Positions 1-8,797 of a stretch of DNA of 64,000 nt are shown piece after piece (within the stretch, counting starts at the first letter, position 1; every line of letters begins with the position of its first letter). Both the position numbers and the translations under genes were made by a program. Under the pieces are notes generated by a model. The model saw nothing but the letters and a program-made list of their open reading frames with translations, had not been told where the DNA came from and did not search any database. The stretch is from Planctomycetia bacterium (lineage in GTDB: Bacteria > Planctomycetota > Planctomycetia > Pirellulales > UBA1268), in the NCBI GenBank assembly GCA_046074725.1, contig JBJTOU010000056.1, positions 1-64,000 of the forward strand, in the 5' to 3' direction.

Positions 1-1801
1 AACCTTCGGCACGAATCGCGTCCGGCGCGAGCAGATCCTCTGCCCATTCTCGCAGCGGCCCTGAAAGCCAGTGCTCGATCGGCACGCCGAAGCCCATCTT
101 GGGCCGGTCGATGAGCGTCCTGGGCACATGCCGATAGAGCAACTGTCTGAGTGCCCATTTCGTCTGCCCATCCCGTAGCTTCATGTGCAACGGCAGGCTC
201 CAGACGAACTCCATCAGCGTATGATCCAGGAATGGCACGCGGGCTTCGAGGCTTACGGCCATGGACGCACGGTCCACCTTGGTCAGGATGTCTCCGGGCA
301 GGTAGGTGAGCGTGTCGAGATACATCATCGTCTCGCGGAAATCTTCCAATGACGGCCAGGAAGCCGCGTCGGATAGCACGTTGTAGGGTTCGTGCGCGCC
401 GGGGACCAGCATTTCCGGTCGCTCAAACTGCGAAACCAGCGCACGGTAGAAGGCGGTCCCTTCGGCCTGATCCAGCACGCCGCCCAGTTTCACGAGCCGG
501 TCTCCCAGCGCGGGAAAGCGGGCACGCGGCGGCAGGTACTGCATCATGCGGTCGATGGCGTTTGCTGGTGCTACCTTCAACGCCTTGGCCAGGCCGCGAC
601 GCAGAAAGCCGGGCAAGCGGGACAACCGTCGATGCAGGCTGTTGCACAAGCCGTAACGGTTGTATCCGCAAAACAGCTCGTCTCCCGCATCGCCGGACAG
701 GGCAGCTGACACCTCCCCACGCGTCAACCTGCAAAGCAGCAGTGTCGGGATCTGGGACGAGTCGGCGAATGGTTCGTCCCAGATTACCGGCAGATCGGGC
801 ACCGTCGCCAGAGTCTCTTCAGCGTTGACATACAGTTCGGTATGCGTCGTCCCCAGGTGCCTCGCCACGGCAGCGGCATGTTCGGCCTCGTTGTATCCAG
901 GCACATCGAAACCGATGGTGAAGGTCCGTACCGGTGCAGAGGACTGCGCCTGCATCAGTGCGACGACGGTCGAACTGTCGATCCCTCCCGAGAGAAACGC
1001 CCCGAGCGGCACATCGGCCTCCGTGCGCAGGGCGACCGCGACACGCAGCCGGCGCTCGAGCTCGTCGAGCAACGGACCTTCTTCCTCGTTCCGCCGCGGC
1101 GTTGTTACCACTTGATCCAGGTGCCAGTAGCGTTTCGGGTCGCGCGGCTGACCCTCGACGATTTCGACCCAATGGGCGGGCGGCAGCTTGTGCATTCCTG
1201 CGTAAATGCAATACGGATCGGGCACATAAGCATGACGCAGATACAGTGCCAGTACGTTGCGATCGATTCTACCTTGCCAGTCGGGATGAACCGTCAGGGC
1301 CGTGAGTTCCGATCCGAACAAAAAGCTTGCGCCCGCCACGCCGTAGAAAAGAGGTTTCTCGCCTGCGCGGTCACGCGCCAGCGTCAGCCGTCGGTCACGA
1401 CGGTTCCATAGGGCAAAGGCAAACATGCCGTTCAACTTCGAGAGCGTGTCGGGCACGCCCCAGAGCTGCAACGCGGCCAGCAAGGTCTCCGTGTCTGAAT
1501 GGCCGCGCCACCCCGAATTCCACCCCGCGGACTCGACGTCATCGCGCAATTCGCGGTGGTTGTAGATCTCCCCGTTGAAAATCAGAACGAGCCGACCATC
1601 CGCCGAGACCATTGGCTGTGCCCCGGCCGCCGACAGATCAAGGATCGACAATCGTCGATGCGCCAAGGCCAGTCCCGACGTGTCGTCGATCCATATTCCA
1701 TTGGCATCGGGCCCGCGATGTGCGATGCGCCGCGCCATCGCCCGGACGGTCCCGGCGCTGCCGCCGGCCTTAGGCGACCAATATCCGACGATGCCGCACA
1801 T
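1..1801 (-). CDS. asnB: Asparagine synthase (glutamine-hydrolysing), AsnB/WbpS-like amidotransferase. The 3' end runs off the window.
   Basis: My own minus-strand translation from the ATG at 1799-1801 gives MCGIVGYW (N-terminal Cys nucleophile of class II amidotransferases), then SGGIDSS (PP-loop) and a C-terminal region LEARVPFLDHTLMEF...DRPKMGFGVPIEHWL. It is missing from the ORF track because no stop lies in the window. Confidence 0.9.
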   Translation of the reverse strand, partial: MCGIVGYWSPKAGGSAGTVRAMARRIAHRGPDANGIWIDDTSGLALAHRRLSILDLSAAGAQPMVSADGRLVLIFNGEIYNHRELRDDVESAGWNSGWRGHSDTETLLAALQLWGVPDTLSKLNGMFAFALWNRRDRRLTLARDRAGEKPLFYGVAGASFLFGSELTALTVHPDWQGRIDRNVLALYLRHAYVPDPYCIYAGMHKLPPAHWVEIVEGQPRDPKRYWHLDQVVTTPRRNEEEGPLLDELERRLRVAVALRTEADVPLGAFLSGGIDSSTVVALMQAQSSAPVRTFTIGFDVPGYNEAEHAAAVARHLGTTHTELYVNAEETLATVPDLPVIWDEPFADSSQIPTLLLCRLTRGEVSAALSGDAGDELFCGYNRYGLCNSLHRRLSRLPGFLRRGLAKALKVAPANAIDRMMQYLPPRARFPALGDRLVKLGGVLDQAEGTAFYRALVSQFERPEMLVPGAHEPYNVLSDAASWPSLEDFRETMMYLDTLTYLPGDILTKVDRASMAVSLEARVPFLDHTLMEFVWSLPLHMKLRDGQTKWALRQLLYRHVPRTLIDRPKMGFGVPIEHWLSGPLREWAEDLLAPDAIRAEG

Positions 1802-2355
1802 TCAAGGGCGCTCCGCGAGCGGGCTGTGATAAAGCGCGACGTAACCCCCAACGATGGCGGCGATGGAAAACTCGTTCTGGATTCGGAGTCGTGCGGCATG
1901 TCCGCGGGATTTCAGCTCCCCGACCGGAGCGTCGCGCGCGCTGCTGAGTGTCTGCGCGAGTGCGGGTCTATCGCGAGGCGGCACGACCGAGTCCGGGGCT
2001 CTGCCGATCGCACTGGCATCCCCGACGCCCGTCGTCCCGCAGGGTACGCCTGTAGCCATCGCTTCGCCCAAGACGTTCGGGAATCCCTCAGCGCGAGAGG
2101 AGAGACAAAGGAGATCGAAAGTCCGCACGATCCTCAGGACACTCATGCTTTGGCCAAGCGGAATAAACCGGTGAGCTGGGGGCCAAACCGATCGAGGTCT
2201 CGGGCTTCGCCGATGCGAACCGCCTCGGCGTACTGAGAGGAAACCTTCATCACTGGCGCAAACAGATTTGGACGAACGGTTTCTCTTGATTTCCGTGCCC
2301 AACAGAACCGATTGCCCGGAACCACTCCGGCTCCCGGGCCCGGTTGCTCTAGCAT
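1802..2355 (-). pseudogene. Remnant of a GT1/GT4-family glycosyltransferase: C-terminal half only, and frameshifted.
   Basis: ORF 1802-2374 ends in SRAEGFPNVLGEAMATGVPCGTTGVGDASAIG...LRIQNEFSIAAIVGGYVALY, paralogous to the C-terminus of the adjacent GT (SRSEGFPNVVGEAMAVGTPCVVTRVGDAACLIG). The preceding homologous segment (IGEARDLDRFGPQL, compare LGERDDVPACLSAL) lies in a different frame (ORF 2143-2355). No N-terminal Rossmann half is present. Confidence 0.6.
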
Positions 2356-2495
2356 AAGAATAAGCAGGAGTCATACATCACATCGCCTACGAGATCCCCG
2401 CATCATCGGGGCCGTGATGGTTGAGCCGATCCGCCATGGCCAAGTCGACTGACTCATGGGCGGGCTGGGCAAGATAAAATAAGAGATTCCGCACA

Positions 2496-3641
2496 TCAGC
2501 GTGTTTTCTCGCCGTGGCAGATGGCTTCGCGATAGACGCGATCAAAACCCGATGCGCATTTGACCATCGAAAATTCATCCCGTAACCGCTCCTGTGCGGC
2601 GCGACCCATCTCGCGGCGCATGTTCGATGGCAGTTCGAGCATTCGCAACAGCCCTTCGGCAAGCGCGGTGGGTTTTTCCGGTGCGACCACGAACCCATGC
2701 TCCCCGATCAGGCAGGCTGCATCGCCCACGCGGGTGACGACACAGGGCGTGCCGACGGCCATTGCCTCGCCCACGACGTTCGGGAAACCCTCCGAGCGGG
2801 ACGGCATGCAATAGACGTCCAGCGCGGACAGGCACGCGGGCACATCATCGCGCTCGCCGAGCAAGTGAAATCGCTCCGCGCAGCCCGTGGCTGCAATCAG
2901 CGAGGCGAGCACCGGGTTTTTGAAATCCATGCCCCGTCCAGCCAGAAGAAAATGGACACCAGGGTGCTTTGCGGCGATCAGGCCGGCAGCGGTGACAAAA
3001 ATATCAATACCCTTCACACGATTGAAACGGCCCACCGTGCCCACGAGAACGGTGCCGGCTTCAAGGCCCAGACCTCGGCGGACATCTTCTGCCTCGTGGG
3101 GCTTTGCCTGCAGGGCCGGGAAATCAAACCCGTTTGGAATGACGGTCATCGCGTTAGGATGATAACCCAAGGCAAGATGCACTCGGCGAGATTCCTCCGC
3201 TGCGCACACGATTGACCGTGGAATGTAACGCGACACCCGCGCACAGGCCCACCGTACCAGACGCGTCACCGGGCTGCCGCCTTTGCGAATGTCGGTGCTG
3301 CGGATGCCCCAGATCACCGTGCGAATCCCGGCGAGACGTGCGGTGACACCGCCAAGCAGATCCGCGTGATACATCCACGTTTGAACGACGTCCGGTTGTG
3401 TCCGTTTCAGCAATCGGTAGAGGCGATAAAGCACGATCGGCGCGCTCGCGGGCTGGCGGAGCCCAAGACCCAGCACCATCACGCCGTCCTCGGCCAACTG
3501 CTTGCCGATGGTGCCGACATCGGTCAAGGAAATCACCAAATGCTGCCCGCCGAATGTAGTGCCATGCTGCAAGACAAGCCGCCGAAGCATGAGCTCAGCG
3601 CCACCGACATTCAGCCCTGCGATGATGTGCGCAACTTTCAC
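2496..3641 (-). CDS. Glycosyltransferase, GT4/GT1 family
   Basis: 381 aa. N-terminus MKVAHIIAGLNVGGAELML. C-terminal EX7E-type region SRSEGFPNVVGEAMAVGTPCV. Confidence 0.9.
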   Translation of the reverse strand: MKVAHIIAGLNVGGAELMLRRLVLQHGTTFGGQHLVISLTDVGTIGKQLAEDGVMVLGLGLRQPASAPIVLYRLYRLLKRTQPDVVQTWMYHADLLGGVTARLAGIRTVIWGIRSTDIRKGGSPVTRLVRWACARVSRYIPRSIVCAAEESRRVHLALGYHPNAMTVIPNGFDFPALQAKPHEAEDVRRGLGLEAGTVLVGTVGRFNRVKGIDIFVTAAGLIAAKHPGVHFLLAGRGMDFKNPVLASLIAATGCAERFHLLGERDDVPACLSALDVYCMPSRSEGFPNVVGEAMAVGTPCVVTRVGDAACLIGEHGFVVAPEKPTALAEGLLRMLELPSNMRREMGRAAQERLRDEFSMVKCASGFDRVYREAICHGEKTR

Positions 3642-3662
3642 GAAGGTATCCGTTCAGGTGGG

Positions 3663-4295
3663 CTATTGAAGGGAGCGTTTCGGTGCGAGCTCGATCAGAT
3701 ACAGCGAGCGAACGCCGTCTGCCCCCTCGGCTCGCTGCAGGGTTTTACCAAGGCGGCTGTAGACGGCGTCGTCGTGGTAATATGAATAGCCTAGGGTGCC
3801 GGCGTGAATGCCATCGATCAAAAGGTATTTCAGGCCGACGGAATCACTCAACTGAGTGACACCATCGATCAGCGCTTCCTCGGCAACACTGTGCGGCCAA
3901 TTCACCATCACCATCAGCGTGCTGCCACCACCGTGCTTGAAGGAAGCACTGATGCGCGCCGTATCGCCCAGGCCCGCCAGCGAGAAATGGCAATGCTTGC
4001 CGTGAAGATGCCGAGCTGCAGCGATTGCGCCCTCGTCAATATCGAAGCCATGACGATAAGGCGCGCGGATCCGGGCTAGGATTTCGCCCAAGCCACAACC
4101 AAGGTCGATGACCGCGTCAGGCCTCACTCCATTCGCCATCTCTACCACCTGCCTCTTGTAGGGCCTGCACGCGAAGGGCGCGGAAGTGTGCCAGGGGTCA
4201 AAGTCGAATCGTCTAGCCAATCGCGATAAAATGAGTTTCTGCAAGGCGCAGCGCAAACATCCGAGCGGGCCTAGCGTAGCCAAAACCTTCAGCAT
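3663..4295 (-). CDS. Class I SAM-dependent methyltransferase
   Basis: Motif I VIDLGCGLGEILARI. The start was chosen at the internal ATG (MLKVLATL) at 4295, which overlaps the stop of the upstream gene by 7 nt. The longer ORF to 4526 would overlap that gene heavily. Confidence 0.7.
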   Translation of the reverse strand: MLKVLATLGPLGCLRCALQKLILSRLARRFDFDPWHTSAPFACRPYKRQVVEMANGVRPDAVIDLGCGLGEILARIRAPYRHGFDIDEGAIAAARHLHGKHCHFSLAGLGDTARISASFKHGGGSTLMVMVNWPHSVAEEALIDGVTQLSDSVGLKYLLIDGIHAGTLGYSYYHDDAVYSRLGKTLQRAEGADGVRSLYLIELAPKRSLQ

Positions 4296-5062
4296 TGCGC
4301 ACTCCGCTTCGAAACTCGCGCGCGTATTCCGCGAGCCATCTTCCGATAGCCAGCGAGGGCGTATCGAACAGTCACTCGGGTCAGCTGGGGCAATACCCCG
4401 CTGCGAGCATCCGCTGCAACAACTTCTTTGAAGTCGATAAACCGATCCCGATTGCGCATTGCAAACGCGAGCAACCGTTCGATGTGTACTGGCGTCATGG
4501 CGTTGACGTGAACGCAGATGGTGCAATAGCCGAAACCGATATTGAACGCAGAAGAGGTCAGCTGGGGGATGAATTTGATATTGCGGTACTCATACGGGAA
4601 TAACCCGTAGCCATCGGTCAGTGCGACAAAGCCCAGGGATTTGAGGGCGTCTACGGTGATGTCATCGAACGAATGTCCCGGTGCCATAAAATAAGGCTCC
4701 CAGACACCCTCACTGTCGAGAATTGTTTTGCCCGTGAGCAGCAGAGTGCGCTGGGTGTCGTAATCCAGGCCAGCAAACTCGGAGCGCCGATTAATGCCGA
4801 GCAAGCCGGGCTCGGACGTGGTGTAGCGGTGGAAGGTGCCATGCTGCGCGATCGTGTCACCGTGAGCGCGGTAGCGTCGGATCAAATCAAAAAACTCGGA
4901 TCGCGGCGGCTCGACTTGCAGGCTCGTATCGCGGCACGCGGGCACCACTCCCAGAATGGTTTTGATCCCCACAGCTTCTATCGCGGTTTTGAGCGGCTCG
5001 AATCCAGACCACGCCATTCCCGGCGTGATGTCATCAAAGCGCAGCAATAACTTTGTATGCAT
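4289..5062 (-). CDS. DUF2334 / polysaccharide-deacetylase-like protein
   Basis: MHTKLLLRFDDITPGMAWSGFEPL... resembles the RFDD(V/I)TP N-terminus of DUF2334 proteins. The start was set at ATG 5062, downstream of the stop of the upstream gene at 5107. Confidence 0.5.
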   Translation of the reverse strand: MHTKLLLRFDDITPGMAWSGFEPLKTAIEAVGIKTILGVVPACRDTSLQVEPPRSEFFDLIRRYRAHGDTIAQHGTFHRYTTSEPGLLGINRRSEFAGLDYDTQRTLLLTGKTILDSEGVWEPYFMAPGHSFDDITVDALKSLGFVALTDGYGLFPYEYRNIKFIPQLTSSAFNIGFGYCTICVHVNAMTPVHIERLLAFAMRNRDRFIDFKEVVAADARSGVLPQLTRVTVRYALAGYRKMARGIRARVSKRSAQC

Positions 5063-5106
5063 CAGCAGTGAAAATGAACGGCCAGATAATTCCCGAGAAA
5101 GCGGGC

Positions 5107-6153
5107 CTAGGTCAGCGGGGCGCGGTTGCCCCTGCTGGCATCGAGGTAGAGCTTGTCCACTTTGGCTGCCCAGCACTCGACCGAGTATTCGTTAGCGATT
5201 TTGTTCCGAGCATTGCGGGACATTTCAATAAGCGCATCCATCGGAGTGTTGAGTGCTTGCAGCAGCGTATGGCGGAAGGACGCGAAGGTACAGTCGCTAA
5301 CAAAACCGCTAACACCATCCTCGATGACTCTCTCCACGCTGTCTGAGCGTGTGACCACTGGTATGGCTCCGCTGGCCATGGCCTCCAAAAGCGAGTAATT
5401 GCCGAAAACGATGTCAGCCGGAAGCAGAAAAAATCGGGCGTGGTTAAATATGTCCGCCAGATCGACATGCCCGAGAACCTCCACCTTGGCCGGAAGCGTC
5501 ACTGGGTCATCTTTTTCAACGCCAGCGAATACCGCCCGGGAGTATTGGTCTTCCATGTCGTTGAGGAATTGAACGACCCATTCCCAGTGACGTTGTTTGA
5601 TCAAACGGTTTGCCCACACCAGATCGATTGATCGCTCAGCGAAATGCGTCGCGGCCTTTGGGCAGGGAACGCCGTTTGGTATGAAAACTAGCGGTGCAGC
5701 GGTGCGCGCCCGCAGAAGCGGTTGCATATACGGCTCTTTGTACCAGACGTAAGTCGCCATCCGGTAAGCAACCTCCAGTGAGAAGCGAATCGCGCGGGGA
5801 TACGCCTCGATCACGCCGATGTCACCGCGTTCGATGACGACGCGTGGCACCCTGAAAAGTCGGCTGATCATCGAGTAGAAGAATCCGAGCCTCCCTGCCG
5901 GGTAAATCTCGACGTGACAGAATGTTTCCGTAAGCAGCAAGGACACCGTCTTCGCCAGCCTGCCCACGATGGACGCGGACTCATAGATGCGCACGTTATT
6001 TAGCCCTGTTGCCCCGCTCTTTCTGAAGTTGGACTTTCCGCTGCTGATGATGAAATACCGGTAACCTCGGCCCTGCATCGCCTCGAACTGGTACAGGTTT
6101 TTCTTTGCGACCGTGTCCAGGCCGAGTATCAAAATGTATTTCTGGACAGCCAA
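5107..6153 (-). CDS. Glycosyltransferase, GT1/GT4-like
   Basis: C-terminal FFLLPADIVFGNYSLLEAMASGAIPVVTRSDSVERVIEDGVSGFV. The start is uncertain: TTG at 6153 gives (M)AVQKYILILG, and ATG at 6078 is the alternative. The ORF-track start at 6333 adds 60 residues that do not look like a glycosyltransferase. Confidence 0.7.
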   Translation of the reverse strand: MAVQKYILILGLDTVAKKNLYQFEAMQGRGYRYFIISSGKSNFRKSGATGLNNVRIYESASIVGRLAKTVSLLLTETFCHVEIYPAGRLGFFYSMISRLFRVPRVVIERGDIGVIEAYPRAIRFSLEVAYRMATYVWYKEPYMQPLLRARTAAPLVFIPNGVPCPKAATHFAERSIDLVWANRLIKQRHWEWVVQFLNDMEDQYSRAVFAGVEKDDPVTLPAKVEVLGHVDLADIFNHARFFLLPADIVFGNYSLLEAMASGAIPVVTRSDSVERVIEDGVSGFVSDCTFASFRHTLLQALNTPMDALIEMSRNARNKIANEYSVECWAAKVDKLYLDASRGNRAPLT

Positions 6154-6368
6154 TCCAGTTCGGGTTTCGCGGCAGTGGGTCAAGGCAGGGATCCCGATGG
6201 TGTGATAGGCGGTACATTCATGGGCGTTACGCCGAGCGGGTCTTGCTGAGATTCGTAGAGCGGACTCATGTAGCTCGCGCGGGCAGTTGGACAAACTCTT
6301 TGAACTCGTTACGCCAGGTTGTGCCGCGTCCATGAAATGCTCATAGCACAGTCAAGTGTGACCAGATA

Positions 6369-6593
6369 CTAGAGGCGAGATGGGCGAGTTTCCCAATGTA
6401 GATGTGACAGGGTAGTGAAACCGCTTCTAAGGACGTCGAGTTCCGCGAATAAGACGTGTGACATGTTGGTATCGCAATGTGGAACGGTATGGACAATCAC
6501 TGCATGGATGTCGCGGTGAGCAGGCAGAGCACGCATTACAGTGGCGGCTGTTACAAACTGAAGGGGGGTGCCGACGACGATGAGAAGTGTCAT
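6369..6593 (-). pseudogene. N-terminal remnant (75 codons) of a non-hydrolysing UDP-N-acetylglucosamine 2-epimerase (WecB/WbpI family)
   Basis: MTLLIVVGTPLQFVTAATVMRAL...IHAVIVHTVPHCDTNMSHVLFAELDV matches the family N-terminus (VVGxRPQFIKAAPVxRAL...LVHTGQHYDxNMSxVFFEEL) but has changed core residues and stops after 75 aa, against about 360 expected. Its ATG overlaps the stop of the upstream methyltransferase (ATGA). Confidence 0.55.
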
Positions 6594-7237
6594 GCACAGA
6601 TGAACCAGATATGGTAAGGGTTGAGGGCGAAGCGACCGCTGTGGACCGTGGTGTAGCGCCGGCGCAAACGCCGGACGATGGCGGCGCGACTGCAGTCGGA
6701 CGAATGGCCCACCACCCAGAAATGCGGACCGCCGGCGATCGGGCGTTTCCACGGGATGTCGAAGTTTAGATCGAGGAGGCGTCCTCCGAGCTTGGGCAGG
6801 AACGCGAACCCCGAAAAGCCCCAAGTTCTATGCGAATTCGGCAGGGTTAGAAACAGCCGCTCGCCTAAGTCGCGGAGGTGGTTGAGATTGACGTTGAGCG
6901 CGTCCAGCGGCATATGTTCCAGCACCTCGCAGCAGATGACAAGATCCTGCGGCTGGTCCAGATGGGCGCGGACTTCGGCAAGCGGCGCGCAAATGTCTGG
7001 ACCCAGCGCAGGGTTAATGTCTGCGGTGATCACCGGCACTCCGGCGCGGCGCAGATACGTCGAGACGAAGCCATTGCCCAGCCCGATCTCGATGGCCGAT
7101 GTCGGGCGCATGGCGTGGATCAAGTTGAGCTGGTGTGCGAAGCTGCACAGTTGCGGCATGGAGAAGTAGAAGTCGGAAAAATAGACGTCGCGAGCCAGAT
7201 CACGTTCGCGATCGCTTCCTCGGTCAGTGGCATTCAT
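6590..7237 (-). CDS. Class I SAM-dependent methyltransferase
   Basis: 215 aa. Motif I AIEIGLGNGFVSTYL, and post-I/II region DLVICCEVLEHMP. Confidence 0.75.
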   Translation of the reverse strand: MNATDRGSDRERDLARDVYFSDFYFSMPQLCSFAHQLNLIHAMRPTSAIEIGLGNGFVSTYLRRAGVPVITADINPALGPDICAPLAEVRAHLDQPQDLVICCEVLEHMPLDALNVNLNHLRDLGERLFLTLPNSHRTWGFSGFAFLPKLGGRLLDLNFDIPWKRPIAGGPHFWVVGHSSDCSRAAIVRRLRRRYTTVHSGRFALNPYHIWFICA

Positions 7238-7253
7238 CGTCGTATCCTTCTTG

Positions 7254-8666
7254 TTAAGTCAGCAGGTGAACCGCAGCCGCCAGTCCCACAGGGGCGAGAA
7301 CACGCCAGTCGAGGAAGACCGCCGGGAGAGTAACTGCCTGCCGCGGCCCGATGCCGGCCGCATTCAACACGAAGGCTAGAACTGCGAGATAGTAGAGAAC
7401 ACTGCCCACCGCGAATGCCATGACCGCGCTACGATCGGCCAGGCTCACGGCGATCCAGACAAAACCTACTCGCAACACGAGCCCCAGCATGGTCAGCGCC
7501 AGCATCGCCCGCTGGCGGCCGACGACGAACATCACCATCGATATGGGTGAGGCGACGAACTGCAGCACCATCCACGGCACCAGCCAAGCCACGATTTCCC
7601 CCGCCCGTGCCCAGTGGGCGCCGAACAGCATGGGAAAGATGGACGGTGCCAGCGCCCCAGCCAGTACGAGCGGCCCCGTGCCCACCAATGCCAGCCTCCG
7701 CATGATCGCCAGCGTGAAGGGTGCCAACCTCCCCTCGCGGAACTCCTGCGGGGCGCGTGACACATAGACCTGTGAGATGGAACTGCCAAGCAGCGTCATG
7801 GGCGCGGTCATCACCTGCATCGCGAGCAGCAGGAACCCCGCCTCGGCCCCAGCATGGGCTGCGATCAGAAATACGGGCACCTGCGCACCGGCGACGTTGA
7901 GCAGTGCCTCAGGCGTCGATATCAGCGGAAAGCGGTAATTCTGCCACAGAACCTGCCAGAGATGCCGCGACCGCAGTCCACGCAGTCGCGGCGCGTCGTG
8001 ACGCCAGGTTCCGGCGGCCAGGCTGATCCCGCCGGCTCCGATGTTGAGCACGTTGCCCAGCAGCAGGCCCAGCGGCGTTACCCCGGCCCAGCCCAGCGCT
8101 AGTATCGTCGCAACTCCGCTGACTGCCTGCCCGACACGGGTTCGTGCGATATCGCCAAAACGCCGCGCGCGGGTGGACCAAAACTGCAGCGCCGAATAGC
8201 TCCCGGCAAGCCACACCCCCAGCGGCGCAAGCCACAGCCAGGGGGCGATGCCGGGACATCCCAGCCCGGCGGCAATATGACCCGGCATCAGCACGACCAA
8301 GGCGGCCATCGCGATGGTGACGATAACCAGCGCGATCAGCGACAAAGCCAGCAGCGCAACGGCGGATTCGTCGGTTTCGGCCAGCGGGATCGCGATCTCC
8401 AGGCGCAGGCAGGCGACCACCGCCAGCGTACTGACGAGCGCCAGGTAGACCGCCAGGAGCGCGAAATCATCGGGGGAGTAGAGACGCGTCAACAGTGGCA
8501 TGGCGGCCAATGTGATCAGCCGCCCGGCCAGGGTCCCGAAGGACAGCTTCAGTACATCGCCGACGAATGTGCTGCCGACCCGGTCTCGCAGAAGCCGCCA
8601 TCTGGTAACAGCGACTCGGCGGATTCCAGCGCATGGGGAATCGGCTTCGGGGACGGACGCGCACAT
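7254..8666 (-). CDS. wzx: Polysaccharide/O-antigen flippase, MOP superfamily (Wzx-like)
   Basis: Polytopic hydrophobic protein. N-terminal LKLSFGTLAGRLITLAAMPLLTRLYSPDDFALLAVYLAL is typical of RfbX/Wzx. The start is uncertain: ATG at 8666, 8723 or 8768. Confidence 0.8.
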   Translation of the reverse strand: MCASVPEADSPCAGIRRVAVTRWRLLRDRVGSTFVGDVLKLSFGTLAGRLITLAAMPLLTRLYSPDDFALLAVYLALVSTLAVVACLRLEIAIPLAETDESAVALLALSLIALVIVTIAMAALVVLMPGHIAAGLGCPGIAPWLWLAPLGVWLAGSYSALQFWSTRARRFGDIARTRVGQAVSGVATILALGWAGVTPLGLLLGNVLNIGAGGISLAAGTWRHDAPRLRGLRSRHLWQVLWQNYRFPLISTPEALLNVAGAQVPVFLIAAHAGAEAGFLLLAMQVMTAPMTLLGSSISQVYVSRAPQEFREGRLAPFTLAIMRRLALVGTGPLVLAGALAPSIFPMLFGAHWARAGEIVAWLVPWMVLQFVASPISMVMFVVGRQRAMLALTMLGLVLRVGFVWIAVSLADRSAVMAFAVGSVLYYLAVLAFVLNAAGIGPRQAVTLPAVFLDWRVLAPVGLAAAVHLLT

Positions 8667-8797
8667 TGGCGACCCCCTCACCTGCTCGACTGCGATAATT
8701 CCATAGGCTTGGGTTGTCTGCATGAGGAAAGTGCGCTTCGAGACCGGGAAGTGGCGGTTGTTAAGCACTCCTCCCTGTATCGATGCCGGTATGTGCT

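Noticed and set aside
6154-6333. Possibility that the 60-codon N-terminal extension of the glycosyltransferase ORF (…AYHTIGIPALTHCRETRTG) is further degenerate 2-epimerase sequence (compare HIPVAHVEAGLR)
   Set aside because: The similarity is only a few residues, and the spacing from the epimerase stub does not fit the family. It cannot be supported without a profile search.
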